A stretch of 64,000 bases of DNA from Octopus sinensis (taxonomy: Eukaryota): assembly GCF_006345805.1 (NCBI RefSeq), contig NC_042998.1, forward strand, positions 88,598,001 through 88,662,000, given 5' to 3'. Positions 37,901 through 50,583 of the stretch are shown here, in pieces; position 1 is the first letter of the stretch; each line of letters opens with the position of its first letter. The notes beneath the pieces were generated by a model. That model was not told the DNA's origin, did no database searches, and saw only the letters and a list, made by a program, of their open reading frames with translations. The position numbers and the translations under genes were made by a program.

Positions 37901-38029
37901 AGCAGCTTTCATTTTCATTACTATGTTTACATTTAACTTTTCAGAGGTATGTTTCACTTTCTCTGGCTAATTTTGTAAGAGGACAAAAACCAGTTGTCAA
38001 GTGTCTCATTGGGTCTTTTTCCACAATAC

Positions 38030-38345
38030 TCAACATTCAAATACCACTCTCAAAATCCTTGTTGTTCCCAAAGCAATTCTCTGAGCATGTTCTACTCTCA
38101 TGTCAATCAATTTCTCCAACAAATTTTTCAAACCTGCTCCTAATGCCCCTACATCTACTGGGATGACAGTTAATTTCTTAATTGCCCACATTCATGCAAT
38201 CTCATCTTTTGGTTGCTTGTATTTTTTGTATGCTTGAAATACAAGCAACCAGTTCCAGTTATTTATTATCAACTCATACATCTCTAGGAATGGCAATAAC
38301 TATGATCTTGGTTTTCTTCACCATTTTATCAACAATTTGTAGTCG
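38030..38345 (-). mobile_element. Second, older R4/Dong-like C-terminal relic
   Basis: Broken minus translation IIVIAIPRD...FEKFVGEIDIDMRVEHAQRIALGTTRILRVVFE. Confidence 0.65.
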
Positions 38346-38763
38346 TCATCATCGTCATATGTAGTAGTAGTACACTGATCAGGGATGAAAAAAATTTTTT
38401 AAAAAAAGCTTGGAATTTCTTCCAACCATTATCGATTGCCAGTATTTTCTTTGCAGTAGCGGTTATGTCCCTTATATCACACTTTTTATTTTCTTTCTTC
38501 AAATCCAGATGGAATTATATGATAAAAGAACTGTTGTATGACTCTTTTCTTTCTGCTGGAATTTGAAAGCTCAGAGGATTGACCGTAATACATACTGACT
38601 AAAGAAAAAATATTAAGATAGAAGTCTTGTATTTTTTATTGATTAAATTTTGTAGTTCAGTGATCAACAACAGTATCACTTTATCGTTGAATATTGAGAA
38701 TTTATATTTTTATTAGATGATGAAGACTACTGTCCTTGTTCTGGACTTAATTAGAATTGCATG

Positions 38764-38764
38764 G

Positions 38765-38798
<34 letters not shown>

Positions 38799-38826
38799 GT
38801 ATATATTGATGAGAGAGAGAGAGAGA
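38764..38826. repeat. Compound (GT)n(TA)n(GA)n microsatellite
   Basis: Direct reading. Confidence 0.9.
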
Positions 38827-39451
38827 AATCAGTATACCTGTTTAAGGTTAGGGAATGGTGTGTAATTTGAACTGTTTTGACTCAGCAGATGGAGGTAACA
38901 CATAGATTTAATTCTAGAAAGGGTAAATTTATTTTAATAGCTAAAGCTCGCTTAAGGTTTTGCCAGGGCTCTGTGGTGTGGATAAGAAAAGATAAGACAC
39001 CAACCAGTCCTTTACTGGTAAAATTCCAGGATAATCTATTTGTAACAGATGAATTTGAATGTATTATCCTCTTGTAAGACAGTGAGTTGATAATCATTAG
39101 AGCATTGGATAAACTGCCTCACAGTATTTGTTCTGACTATCCATGCGCTGAGTTCAAATCCTGCTGAAGTCAACTTTGCCTTTCATCATTTCAGTGTCAA
39201 TAAAAAAGTAACAATAGAAGGTGGTGGATTGGAAGAACTGTTTCAAGGTTGGGCAGGATGCATTGTGGTATATATGTGTGTGAAAGAGAATGTATGTGTT
39301 GATATTCCATATGTCCTTTCTTGGATGAAACAATGATGATGTTGACATTCCAACGGTTGCCCTTTGCTTTGGAACACACATGGAATTAAGTGTTGGTGAC
39401 AGGAAGAGCATCCAGCCATTAAATCATGATGGCATAGAAAAATGGACATTA

Positions 39452-39815
39452 TTCTTTATAAACCTAGTACTTATTCTATCGATCTTTTGCCGAACTGCTG
39501 CTAAGTTATGGGGACATAAACACACCAGCATCGGTTGTCAAGCGATGTTGGGGGGACAAACATGCACTCACACACACATACATATCTATCTATCTACCTA
39601 TATATATATATACACACACACATATATACACACACACACACACACACATATAATATATATATATATACGATGGGCTTCTTTCAGTTTTCATCTACCAAAT
39701 CCACTCACAAGGCTTTGATTGGCCTGAGGCTATAGTAGAAGACATTTGCCCAAAGCGCCACGCAGTGGGACTGAACCCAGAATCATGTGGTTGGTAAGCA
39801 AGCTACTTACCACAC
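39452..39815 (-). mobile_element. Same SINE family
   Basis: Reverse complement of 50183-50560, with an expanded internal microsatellite. Confidence 0.78.
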
Positions 39816-41261
39816 AGCCACTCCTACAAGTGAATGAACATCCAATAAATCATAATAATTCTTTTCCATTTTTTTTTTGTTTGTATCATAAACTAATAAC
39901 TATTTCTGTTCATAAAGCCTTAATTGCCAAAGATATTTTACACTCTCCTGTACAGAATGTAATAAGGTCACTGTTGAATTGTTTGAAATTAATTGTTAGC
40001 AGGGAAATGTAATCAGAGATGGGTGTGTGTGTGTTTTAAAGGGGTCACAGTTTGGACAAAGAAGAATGTAGTGAAGAGTTTAGTGTTGGGACTGGGAGGA
40101 GAGTCTTGTGCTTAAGTTAAGCTTATATGTTGCCTACACAGACTTGCAGAAGAGAAATTAGGAAATACAGAAAGGGACACCTCGCAACAATAACCCACTA
40201 GTTATTTAGTGTTGAAGACTTACTTAGTCTTCCTCTGTGTATGTGTGAGGGAGAAAGAGAGAGAATGCTGATTGTTTCAAATTTTCTCATTTAAATGTCT
40301 TTATAATTAGTCCCAAATCAAAATGTGTTTTTACTTTCTGGTTCACTTAATGACACATTTTTTTTTAAGAATCCTTCTGTTCTTTTACAGATGTTCCACT
40401 GATCATTACGATCCTAAAATGTTATGATTGATCTGTGTTTGATTTTAAAACATTATTTTACAATATTTTTGATATTAGGAAAATTTAGTTGGCATCATGA
40501 TTTTGTGAATAATTTAGTCTTTTCTGCCTTTAATGTTTTTCTCACTTGTTTTCTCAATTCATAGTTTAAATAAAGGCATTCCTATTTGAAAAGTAATATC
40601 TCATTCATACACATTGGTAATTTAAAAGAGTGATTCTAAGAAACAGACTTTATCGTAATAAACAAAGAAGCTATCTGATAGATGAAGATACCAAGTGTTG
40701 TTTGAAAGAATGATGAATTATGTTTGATATTGAAAATGACTGTTTAAAACTTGGTAAACCATTAATGTGCATTACTCTGCTATCTTTCTATACTAGATTG
40801 GTAAACCATTGTAACAGGTTCATAGTCCACAATAGTTAAGGGCTAGACCAGCCTTCATTAATGAAGACCAAGGTAATTAGGAACAAACTTGAAGGATATG
40901 ATAATCCTGAAAGATCATTGAACATTTTTGTTTGTAGCTTCAAGTAATTATAAAAATGTCAGTAATTATGATACTAATTAAAGTATTAATGTACTTTTTA
41001 TTTAACTTTCTGATCAAAAGTTCAAAACTATACAGTCTACCTTTAGGCAAGGCATCATATTTTAACTGAAAAATAGTTGTCATTCCTATTTCATGGCTGG
41101 ATGGTTTGCATTAAGAGATCCAGTTATAGAAACCTTGCCATAGCTATTCAAGCATAACTCTAACTTATGCTAGCTATCGATAAAATATGTGTGCAACCAA
41201 AAAATTATTGTACAAAAACAAAGTAGGAGTTTATAGTTAAAGAATTGGTTATAGTTAAAGA

Positions 41262-41630
41262 CGTGGCTGTGTGGTAAGAAGCTTGCTTTCCAACCACATG
41301 GTTCTGGGTTCAGTTCCACAGTATGATATTTTGACTAAGTGCTTTCTACTGTAGCATTGGGCTGATCAAAGTGTGAGTGGATTTGATACACAGATACTGA
41401 AAGAAGTCTGTCATATATATGTATGTGTGTGTGTCTTTGTTTTGTGTTTGTCTCCCACAACTGCTTGACAACTGGTGTTAGTGTGTGTGTATCCCTATAA
41501 CTTTGTAGTTCAGCAAAAGAGACTGATAAAATAAGTACCAGGCTTTATGAAAAATAATAACCACAGGGGACGATTTGTTCAACTAAAATATCTTCAAGTT
41601 CAGCATGGCCATAGTCTAATGACTGAAACT
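41262..41630 (+). mobile_element. Same SINE family, older copy
   Basis: Collinear with 50183-50560. Confidence 0.75.
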
Positions 41631-43399
41631 AGTAAAAAATGAAAGATAACTGATTTTTTTCATGCAATATCAAGGCCTCATGTATGTAGTCTAAAACGTA
41701 ATATTCTGGAACATTCATGCTGTAAATGAATAACCTTGCAATGGACTAGCTTTCTGATCAAGGTGAATGTTGGCTTGCTCACCTAGCCAGTGGGGTGGCA
41801 TCATATAAAAGCTAAAAATGATGCAAAGGGCATTATGACCAGTGATGTATAACAACAGAAATCCAACTCACAATCACTGGATCGGGAGTGCAGCATCCTT
41901 ACCACTAGGCCTTCACTTTTAATAATTTAAATATTATAAAATGTCCATCATCACTGTAACCCACTTTTTTTTCGTACTTCTGTGGGTCAAACAATATGCT
42001 AAGACAGATTTTCTTCAGCTGGATCTCCTTCTTGATGTCAACCCTCACCTGTTTCCAAGCAAAGAAATATTTCCCCATGGTTGGATATGTTTTCAGGGAA
42101 GATTGAAAAGGAACAACACCACTTAAATGAGGGTGACATTCATTTACAAATATAACCACAATGTCATCACAAGGACTCACAAACACTCATGCATGTGTGC
42201 ACACATGCACACACTTAATGGGCTTCTTTCAGTTTCTATCCACCTATTCCACTCAAAAGGCTTTGCTTGGCATGAAATTATAGTAGAAGACACTTGCATA
42301 AGGTGCTACTCTGTGTGACTCAATCCAAGATCCCATGGCTGGAAGCAGACTTCACACTGTTATACCTCAAGTATCTTTGTTGTTGTAATGTTGTAGCTTT
42401 CTATTTGGTTATGATAAATCAAAAATTATTATTTTTGGTAATTGTTCTGTCATGTTTACAGAAGATATTGGTTCATATCCTATGGGTAGCCTTTGACCTT
42501 TGTCATCCAAGTGGTTTTTTAAACCCAGTATTTACAATCTATTATTTATAACTTTATCACCTTTGTGTTGTATTGTTAAAAATATATATTTCATTGTCTT
42601 TCAGAGTTTCTTACGTATGATATTAACATTACATCTTTATTTAAGTAAATGTGAAAACCATGAGTTCATTTATTTAAATATTTTGTTATAGCTTTAATGC
42701 CATATACTTATTTCTGCTTTTTCTCAATGTTAGACATGTTTGGCTTATGATATCCAAAAAGAATTTTCATCAAACTAAGTTAGATGGAATGTATGAAATT
42801 TATATTAAAGTTTTTTTATTGTTTTCTTCACACATTTGATCCATCATATATCTGTAACGGTTGGTGAAAGTTGCTGAGAATAGACGGGTGACACTATTTA
42901 GTTTCAATGTTGTTACAAAACACAACTAGGTTAATGTTGGCTCATCTCTCATCAGTGATTTGCTATGAATCTCACTGATAAATGACTGTTTAATAATGAC
43001 GGAACATGATTTTAGGATAGTAGTTTGTAGAGAAGCTCAGTCCCACCTTTTATTAACGAGAAGACAAATACAGTTTGCATCTCTATAATTTTTCTTTCTT
43101 CAGGATGGTTGTGCACAAGTTTTAATGCTTGTAAACCATGTTAATTTTATTAAAAAATGGCAATTTGTTCAACTCTTTACTTTTCAATCCACGTTGTTTC
43201 ACCCTCTCTATAACGAGATAGATTATTTTAAGTAAATTGCATATTGAACTTTGCTGTTTCATTTTCATTCTATTTTTAACTTGGAATATTGAACTCAAAT
43301 CTTCATTTGGGTCTTCACTAGGCAACTTGAAACCACCATGATGTATTCATTTTCAGACGGGTTGGTATTAGCAAGATCACTAAAATTTAGATTCTTTGT

Positions 43400-44800
43400 A
43401 GCACCGCCATCTGAAATACACACATGCACATGTTTTTTTGTTTGTTTTTTTTTTTGTCTGTGGTTCTGTGATTTGTTGGGAAATTAAGCGAAACCTCTAA
43501 AAACCGAAATACAATGGGAAATACTTCACTTGGATATAAAATTCTATAATTTTACATTGAAAATATGAAGTGAGCTTAATATAATATACAATATAATGTG
43601 ATATAATATAATGTAATATAATATGTATTATCATACAAATATATAAGCATAATGTATATGTGGCCTTTTGTCTTATGTTTCAAATTCCATTTAGAAACCC
43701 CATGATTATTGTCTTTAGAAAAAAATATGAATGGCATAAATTACTGGTTCCTAAACTTGTGGAACGCCTGTATTTTATGGACAAGTCCCGCCATCTTAAT
43801 TTTAATATTTTTAATAAGTGATTAAATAAAACAAAAATAGTTTCAGAGAGAAAATTTACCCTATTGAAAAACAAAACAATTTATTATTTTGAAAATTGCG
43901 ATTACTATTTTTTTATGAATTAAATTTTTGATTAAATTTTAATAATAGACGCCTCGGCTCGTGGAAATAGAGAATATTTTCACCGAATCCATTTTGAGAC
44001 ATACTGCCATAAGTTATTTCCCCTTCCTTTTTGCATCTTTTACTCTTTTGAGAAAAATAAATAAAATTTAATGAATTCTGGTTTACATTTTCTCAGACTA
44101 GATCATCAAGGGTTATTCCCCTTGCATCGTTTCTTTAAAAAAATTTGTACTCTTAAAATAGAACTTAGCTTCTATGTATTCTCTCTCTCTCCTCCTCCTC
44201 CCATCTTTTTCCCTCTCCTCTTATCGACAAGATTATTGTGTTTAAATGTTATTGCTTGACTTCCCTCATCTAATCTAAGATATATTTTAGAGGATTAACC
44301 CACGTGAAAAGGAATATTCGTATTTTTCATTAAGTCACGGTGAAACTATGTTCTATTTTGTTACACCTTGCAAGTCATCCGTGACTGAAGATTCAAACTC
44401 AGCACTGACAGCTAGCAAAACATTTATTCTGTTATGTTTCGTTTTATCACTAAACGTTAGCCGTTTGCAGTGAGTTAAACAAGAACAATGACAGTTGTCA
44501 CTTAGGTCATGGCTTACATGCATTGCTGGTAATAGAGATATGAATTGTCATCTTTTTAGTCAGTTGTTGAACTCCCACTTCTTATGAACTTAGCAACATG
44601 CAAACGATCTTTAAACTTGTGGAATGAACATAGAGATAAAGTGAATATTTTGCAACATGCCTGGCAAATGAATCTGTCAAAGTTGGAAGTAAAGTTAACA
44701 GAACATGTGAACGTTGTATAAAACTGTCTCTTAAAAGTTCATTATCATTATCACAACCATCGTTGTCACTGTCGTTGTCGGGTTATTTGAACTGTTTTAT
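43400..44800. promoter_or_regulatory. Second CpG-retaining region with YY1-like motif, candidate promoter
   Basis: CCGCCATCTT at 43788-43797 (YY1 consensus / AAGATGGCG start context on the minus strand). CpGs retained. Donor GCA|gtgagt at 44470. Confidence 0.35.
44560..44688 (+). CDS. Candidate coding exon (unidentified)
   Basis: tctttttag| acceptor, 43 open codons (SVVELPLLMNLATCKRSLNLWNEHRDKVNILQHAWQMNLSKLE), GAA|gtaaag donor. Short GT-AG introns on both sides (44470-44559, 44689-44835). Confidence 0.35.
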
Positions 44801-45924
44801 CGGAACATTTCCCTCCTGTTCCATTACTCTTTTAGTTGCTTTGTATGACATCAGGAGACAGGATATGTATACATTTAAAACTGTGGCATACACAATTGTA
44901 CCAGATCTTATCCCAGCTGAAAGATCTTGGGTTCAAATCTGTTTGAGACAGTTTGTTGTGAATTTTTACAATATAATTAATTCACTTTTTTATGCCTCTA
45001 TTTAGTTAGCTGTAGGGTCCTTTAGAAATGTCTCCTGAAATAGATTCATTGAAAGGGATATTTCTCTATTCACTTTTTTATCTTTTGGTTAGAAGGGATG
45101 ACAGTACCCATGACCTGTTGTAATGCCTCTGAGAGTGATAGAAGGGAGAGAAGGAGGCCTAAATGTTTGCCACATTTACTGGACTCCACTCAGGGCAGCT
45201 AAGGTACCAGGTAGTGGTGTTAAACTGGACAGCAGGTTATGGTGCAATTTGAATTTAGAACATGAGCTGGAGCATACTGCAGAGCAAACGTTCTTTCAAC
45301 TTCAGTTCAACTTTCTTACAATTCCATCTATCTACCATCTTAGATTGGTACATTTTCCTAACCCTGGAAGGATGAAATAGAAAGTTGACCTCACAGTATG
45401 AAGAATGGAAGAAATACTGCCTAGCAGTCTGTCTGATATTCTAACAATTTCCCCAAATTATTCTTCTACACTAAAGCTGCAGCTAACCACCTATTTTTAA
45501 AACACTCTTTTGTAAGTTAGAAGACATATTTTACAATCCATATTTGTTTAAGATGGTGGCCATCTCTCATTTGCAATGTCTTCCTTCTATTATCTTTTTT
45601 TACCAAATATACCCCAAATGGACTAACTGTAGTTAAATAAAACCTAGGAGTGCTAGCTCTTTTGCTGAATATATCCCGAGGAGTACTATATCTTGTTTTT
45701 ATGACTTGACAGGGCTAATAATAATAATTTATTTCTGACACTTATTTGTACATCATTAGAAGGAGGAAACTGAAAATTAATCTTACACCAGGATTTAACT
45801 CATGGAAATGACACTAACTGCTTTTTGTTCTAGACTTTACTGTCTCGGTTATTTTATCCAGTATCACCTAATATAGACATAACTGACTTCCCACAAAAGT
45901 TGATGAAAAACACTGGAAGTCATC

Positions 45925-47790
45925 ATCATCGTCGTTTAACATCCACTTTCCATGCTGGTATGGGTTAGATGGTTTGACTGAGGACTGGTAAGCCAGGAGG
46001 CTGCACCAGGCTCCAATCTGATCTGGCAAGGTTTCTGAAGCTGGATGCCCTTCCTAACACCAACTACTTTGAGAGTGTAGTGGGTGCTTTTTACATGCCA
46101 CTGGCATGGAGGCCAGTCAGGCGGCACTGGCATCGACTATGGTCAAATGGTACTTTTTTTATGCTACCAGCACGGGAGCCAATCAGGCAGCACTGGCAGC
46201 AACCACACTCAAATGGTGCTTTTTATGTTCCACTAGCATGGGTGCCAGTCAGGTGGCACTGGTATCAGCCATGCTCGAATGGTACTTTTTTATGTGCCAC
46301 TGGCACAGATTCCCGTCAGGTAGCACTGGCATTGGCCACAACTATGATTTCACTTGACTCAACAAGTTTTCTGATGCACAGAATATTCCCCAACGATTGA
46401 AGGGTACTTTTAAATAGGCCAGTTATGTGACACTGGCATCAGCCATGACTACAATCTCATTTGGTTTGCCGGGTCTTCTCAAGATAAGGAATTGGAGAAT
46501 CCTGTCAAAAGCTTTCTTCATGTCAATGAAAGCCAAGTACAGAGGTTTATCTTCGGCTAGAGATAAAAGAGGTTTATCTTTCTAACCAGAAATATAGTAT
46601 CAGTGATGCTTCTCCCTGGCACAAACCCAAATTGTATCTTGTCTTAACTAACTCTCTCCCTAATTAGTTCGGCTATGACCCTCTCCATGACTTTCATCAC
46701 CTGATCCAACAAATTGATACTGCTGTAATTATTCCTATCTAATGTGTCACCTTTACCTTTGTAGCAGTTGACTATTGTGCTGCTACACTAGTCATGGGTA
46801 TGACTCCTTCATGTATCACCTGGTTGACTATACAGGTGACTAGACTATAGCCTACACCACTAGATATTTTAAGCATCTCAGCAGTGATTCCTGATGGGCC
46901 GGGGTTTTGCCTGTCTTCATATGCTTAATTTCTTTATCTATCAAGGTACTGTCAGTTTGAATAGCTGGTCCCTATGACATCATGATTCTCTTTCACACAC
47001 TGTCTTGCAATACAAAACACTTTAAGTCTCTGGTCCTCACGATGCAGAACATTGGCAAATTTTTTATCTGCTTCTCCTCTGGCTAAGTAAACCTGTCTCT
47101 TAGTTTCTCTTCTGGTCATCTGATACAGTTCCCTGCTACCACCACACTTCTAGTCCTTCCACGCCTGTTTCTTTTCCCTAATGGCCTTGTCAACTACATT
47201 GTTCCACTGTCATGTTACCTTAGTCAAGATTTGGTCAGTAGCCCTCAACAGGTTGTCTTGTAGGAACCTCCAGATGTCCTCCACATTATGTGATGCTACA
47301 TCCTCCTCTTTTTCATCAAAAGGTTCAAGTAATATATCTGTAAATCTTTGTCCATTGAGAGGATCCTTAAGCTTCCAAGCCTTTCTTTTCCATGCTGGTC
47401 ATCTTCTGGGCAACCATTTAGCCCTGATCCTGAAGTTGCTAACTACTAAATCATTAAATTATTAAAAGCTTATGCTTAAAAACAGTAAAATAATATGAAT
47501 GAAGGGACTTTGCTCCTGCCACTGATCTGGTCAGTAGCCCTCAACAGGTTGTCTCATAGGGACCTCCAGTTGTCCTTCACATTATGTGATATTGTATCGT
47601 CCTCTTTTTCATCAAAAGCTTCAAGTAATACATCTCTAAATCTCTGTCCATTCAGAGGATCCTTAAACTTCCAGACCCTTCTTTTCCATGCTGGTGGTCT
47701 TCTGGGCAACCATTTAGCCCTGATCCTGAAGTTGCTACAACTCTTTTCATTCACAATTCCTTGTTCAAAATTCATTGGCGGGAGCTCCAG
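45925..47790 (-). mobile_element. Degraded RTE LINE with 3'UTR and internal duplication
   Basis: (GAT)n tail at ~45925 and 3'UTR repeats 46080-46340. RT remnants LYLAFIDMKKAFDR and QFGFVPGRS. Duplicated EN-RT linker at 47229-47441 and 47525-47737. Confidence 0.78.
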
Positions 47791-47829
47791 GACACACCAG
47801 TCATATCAACAAGTTCATTAGTTGTTCAG

Positions 47830-48224
47830 TGACAGTCCTCCAAGATCAGTTCAAGAATTTTCATGATGTTTTCATTCATTCATGAGGTCGACAGTTGCCC
47901 CAAACAAGGTTGGTCTTTAAGCAACATTCCTAATGCATGAAAACCACTCGTAAGCTTGTATGTTGCTCATTGCAGTTTGAAGCATGATAACTGTTTTGGC
48001 TGCTGTTTTCCACAGTATAAAAGAGAATTTCATGGAAGCACGCTGTTTCTTTGTTTCAGCCATTGCAAAAATTGACCAACAAGGGAAAAGTGCTGCAAAA
48101 CATAGATGTACCACATGGCAGTATGACTTCAATTGCTGCCATCAGTTGGCAGACTGATGCCTGAACTATCACAGGCTTGTCCCACAGAGAACATTTCTGG
48201 TTACTTTTGGGTACCCCCTTGTAC
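47830..48224 (-). mobile_element. mariner 5' fragment (HTH region + one TIR)
   Basis: Minus-strand KQRASMKFSFILWKTAAKTVIMLQTA..SNIQAYEWFS matches the mariner N-terminus. TIR-like end TACAAGGGGGTACCCAAAAGTAACCAGAAA. Confidence 0.8.
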
Positions 48225-50182
48225 ATTACAAACCTTTTTGATTAGCTAAGAATGAAACATGAAACCACTACATCTCAATTTGGCGTGCTTGAAATTGGAG
48301 CCAAAACTCCCTTAAATGACACTCTGTGGTTTTAAATATACACTTGACAACCTGTTGCCTGTAAAAATAAAAAAGATGGATGATCATAGCTGGAATGTCA
48401 TTCATCATCATTTTGCTCAGTTAAAGATGATCTGGGGCTAAACAATAACAATCACTAGCAGTTAGCGAGTTTTATTGGTTAGAGAGTGAAAATTTATATT
48501 GGTAGTGTAAAGACAAAAAGAATCTTCTTTTCTGTGAAGGAACATGGTCTTGTGGTTAGAGTGTTGGATTCATGATCACAAAACTGTGGGTTCTATTCCT
48601 AGATTGAGTAGTATTTTATGTCTGTGAGTAAGGAACTTAATTTTCTATTTCTTCAATCTGCTTCGCTGTAATGATTACCAGCCAGATGCTAGTGGTAATA
48701 TCATATCCTGTATGTATCATTGGTGAGTGGACTGAAATGACATCCATGTCAGCTTGCAACTACATACAAAGAGGCACCTTAAACAATCTGTGAAACCACA
48801 GTACCTGTGACAAATCTATACTCGCTAGTGATTGACAGCTGGCCATACATTCTTCTTTTCTAATAGTTTCATTGTCAAAGTTCTGATGTAAGTTGGATAA
48901 TAAATTAATACCAATACTTTTGTTAAATAACAAAACACATCTGAGGTTTCACCTCTACAAATTGCCTCTGTGATGGAGATTGAAGCAAATACTCTTTCAT
49001 TGGTAGCAAACTATAAATGGTTTTTGCATGTCAGATACTGCAAGTGATTTTAAAGTCTGAGAATGCATTCTACTTCCAGTGTGCATACTGTTTCTTGAAC
49101 TGCAAGAAGATTATTTCTCAAATAGCACGTGCCTGATGGACCATTAACTGGATTGCTTAACAATTTATAGAATTCATCACAAAACAAAGTAATTAATCTG
49201 ATGAACACTCTTTTTGAAGATTATGGCAGGACATGATATAAATTTTCTGTAGCCTACTCAGCATATTATATATTTATTATTTCGTCTGAACTGGTTAATG
49301 TTAAAATCTATAGTATTAATCTCTTGTAATAATGGCTAAGTTAATCATTAAAGAGAGGTAGTTATTTTTCATTAGTATTATCCCTAGAAAAAAAATGGCC
49401 TGCCTAAATGACTATGTATTTGACACTACTGTAAGTATTTAGGTTTATCTCACTACCTTTGCTTGACTTTACCTTTCATCCTCCTGGGTCAGATGGATGA
49501 AAGGCAAATTAAGTTTATTTAATCCTTTTGTTATCATATTTCCGTTGAAATACACTAAGTTTGTGACAATTAATTTTTAAAATAATGAAGAATTTAGTAA
49601 AATAACATTCATCATTAAGCTGATTAGAGCTTAAATTAACATAAAATTTTAATGTAAGATTTTAGATCCTTTTAAAAAAGGGAGTTTGTGTCATAGGACT
49701 AGGAGCACTCACAGATGAGTTGGTGTCAAAAAGGTTAAATAACATTTCCTACACCCTACCATGTGCCAGTATAAGAATTCACTGTTATGGAAAGCTATAG
49801 TTTCTTGAATTATTTTCTTTTCTATCACTAATATTATTAAAGTGGCTGATGAGTTTGTCAACCAGAAGCATGGCTGGACAACTACATGATTCTGGATTTG
49901 ATCCCACTGCATTGCCCCTTGATTAGTACCTTCCAGTATATCCTCAAGTTAATGCTGTCTGAATGAAATTTGATTGGTGAAAACTGTACAGAAGTCTATT
50001 GTGTGTGTGTGTGTATGATAGATATATTTATACACACGAGTGAGTGAAAGGAAATGGCACTTGACACATTCAGCATTAACAGCACATGGCCTGAGTTGAC
50101 CATCTAGAAGCCATCTTGAATTTCCTCAAGTTAATGCTGTTTGAATGAAATTTGATTGGTGAAAAATGTACAGAAGTCTATA

Positions 50183-50560
50183 GGAGTGGTGGTGTGGTAA
50201 GAAGCTTGCTTCCCTACATCATGGCTCTGGGTTCAATCCCACTGTGTGGCATCTTGGGCAAGTGTCTTCAATAAACTTGGACCGACCAAAAGCCTTGTGA
50301 GTGGATTTGGTAGATGGAAACTGAAATAAGCATGTCATATGTATATATGTAATTGTGTGTCTGTGTTTGTCCCCCAATCATTGCTTGACAACTGATGTTG
50401 GTGTGTTTACGTCCCCATGGCTTAGCAGTTTGGCAAGAGAAACCGATAGAATAAGTACTAGGCTTACAAAGAGTAAGTCCTGGGGTCGATTTGTTTGACT
50501 AAAGGCAGTGCTCCAGTATGGCTGCAGTCAAAATGACTGAAGCAAGAAAAAGAGTAATAT
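50183..50560 (+). mobile_element. tRNA-related SINE with internal (TA/TG)n, full length
   Basis: GGAGTGG-TGTGTGGTAAGAAGCTTGCTTCC...GGGTTCAATCCCACTG head. Body shared with the copies at 41262, 39452, 6945 and 63085. Confidence 0.8.
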
Positions 50561-50583
50561 ATATATATATTTATATATATATG

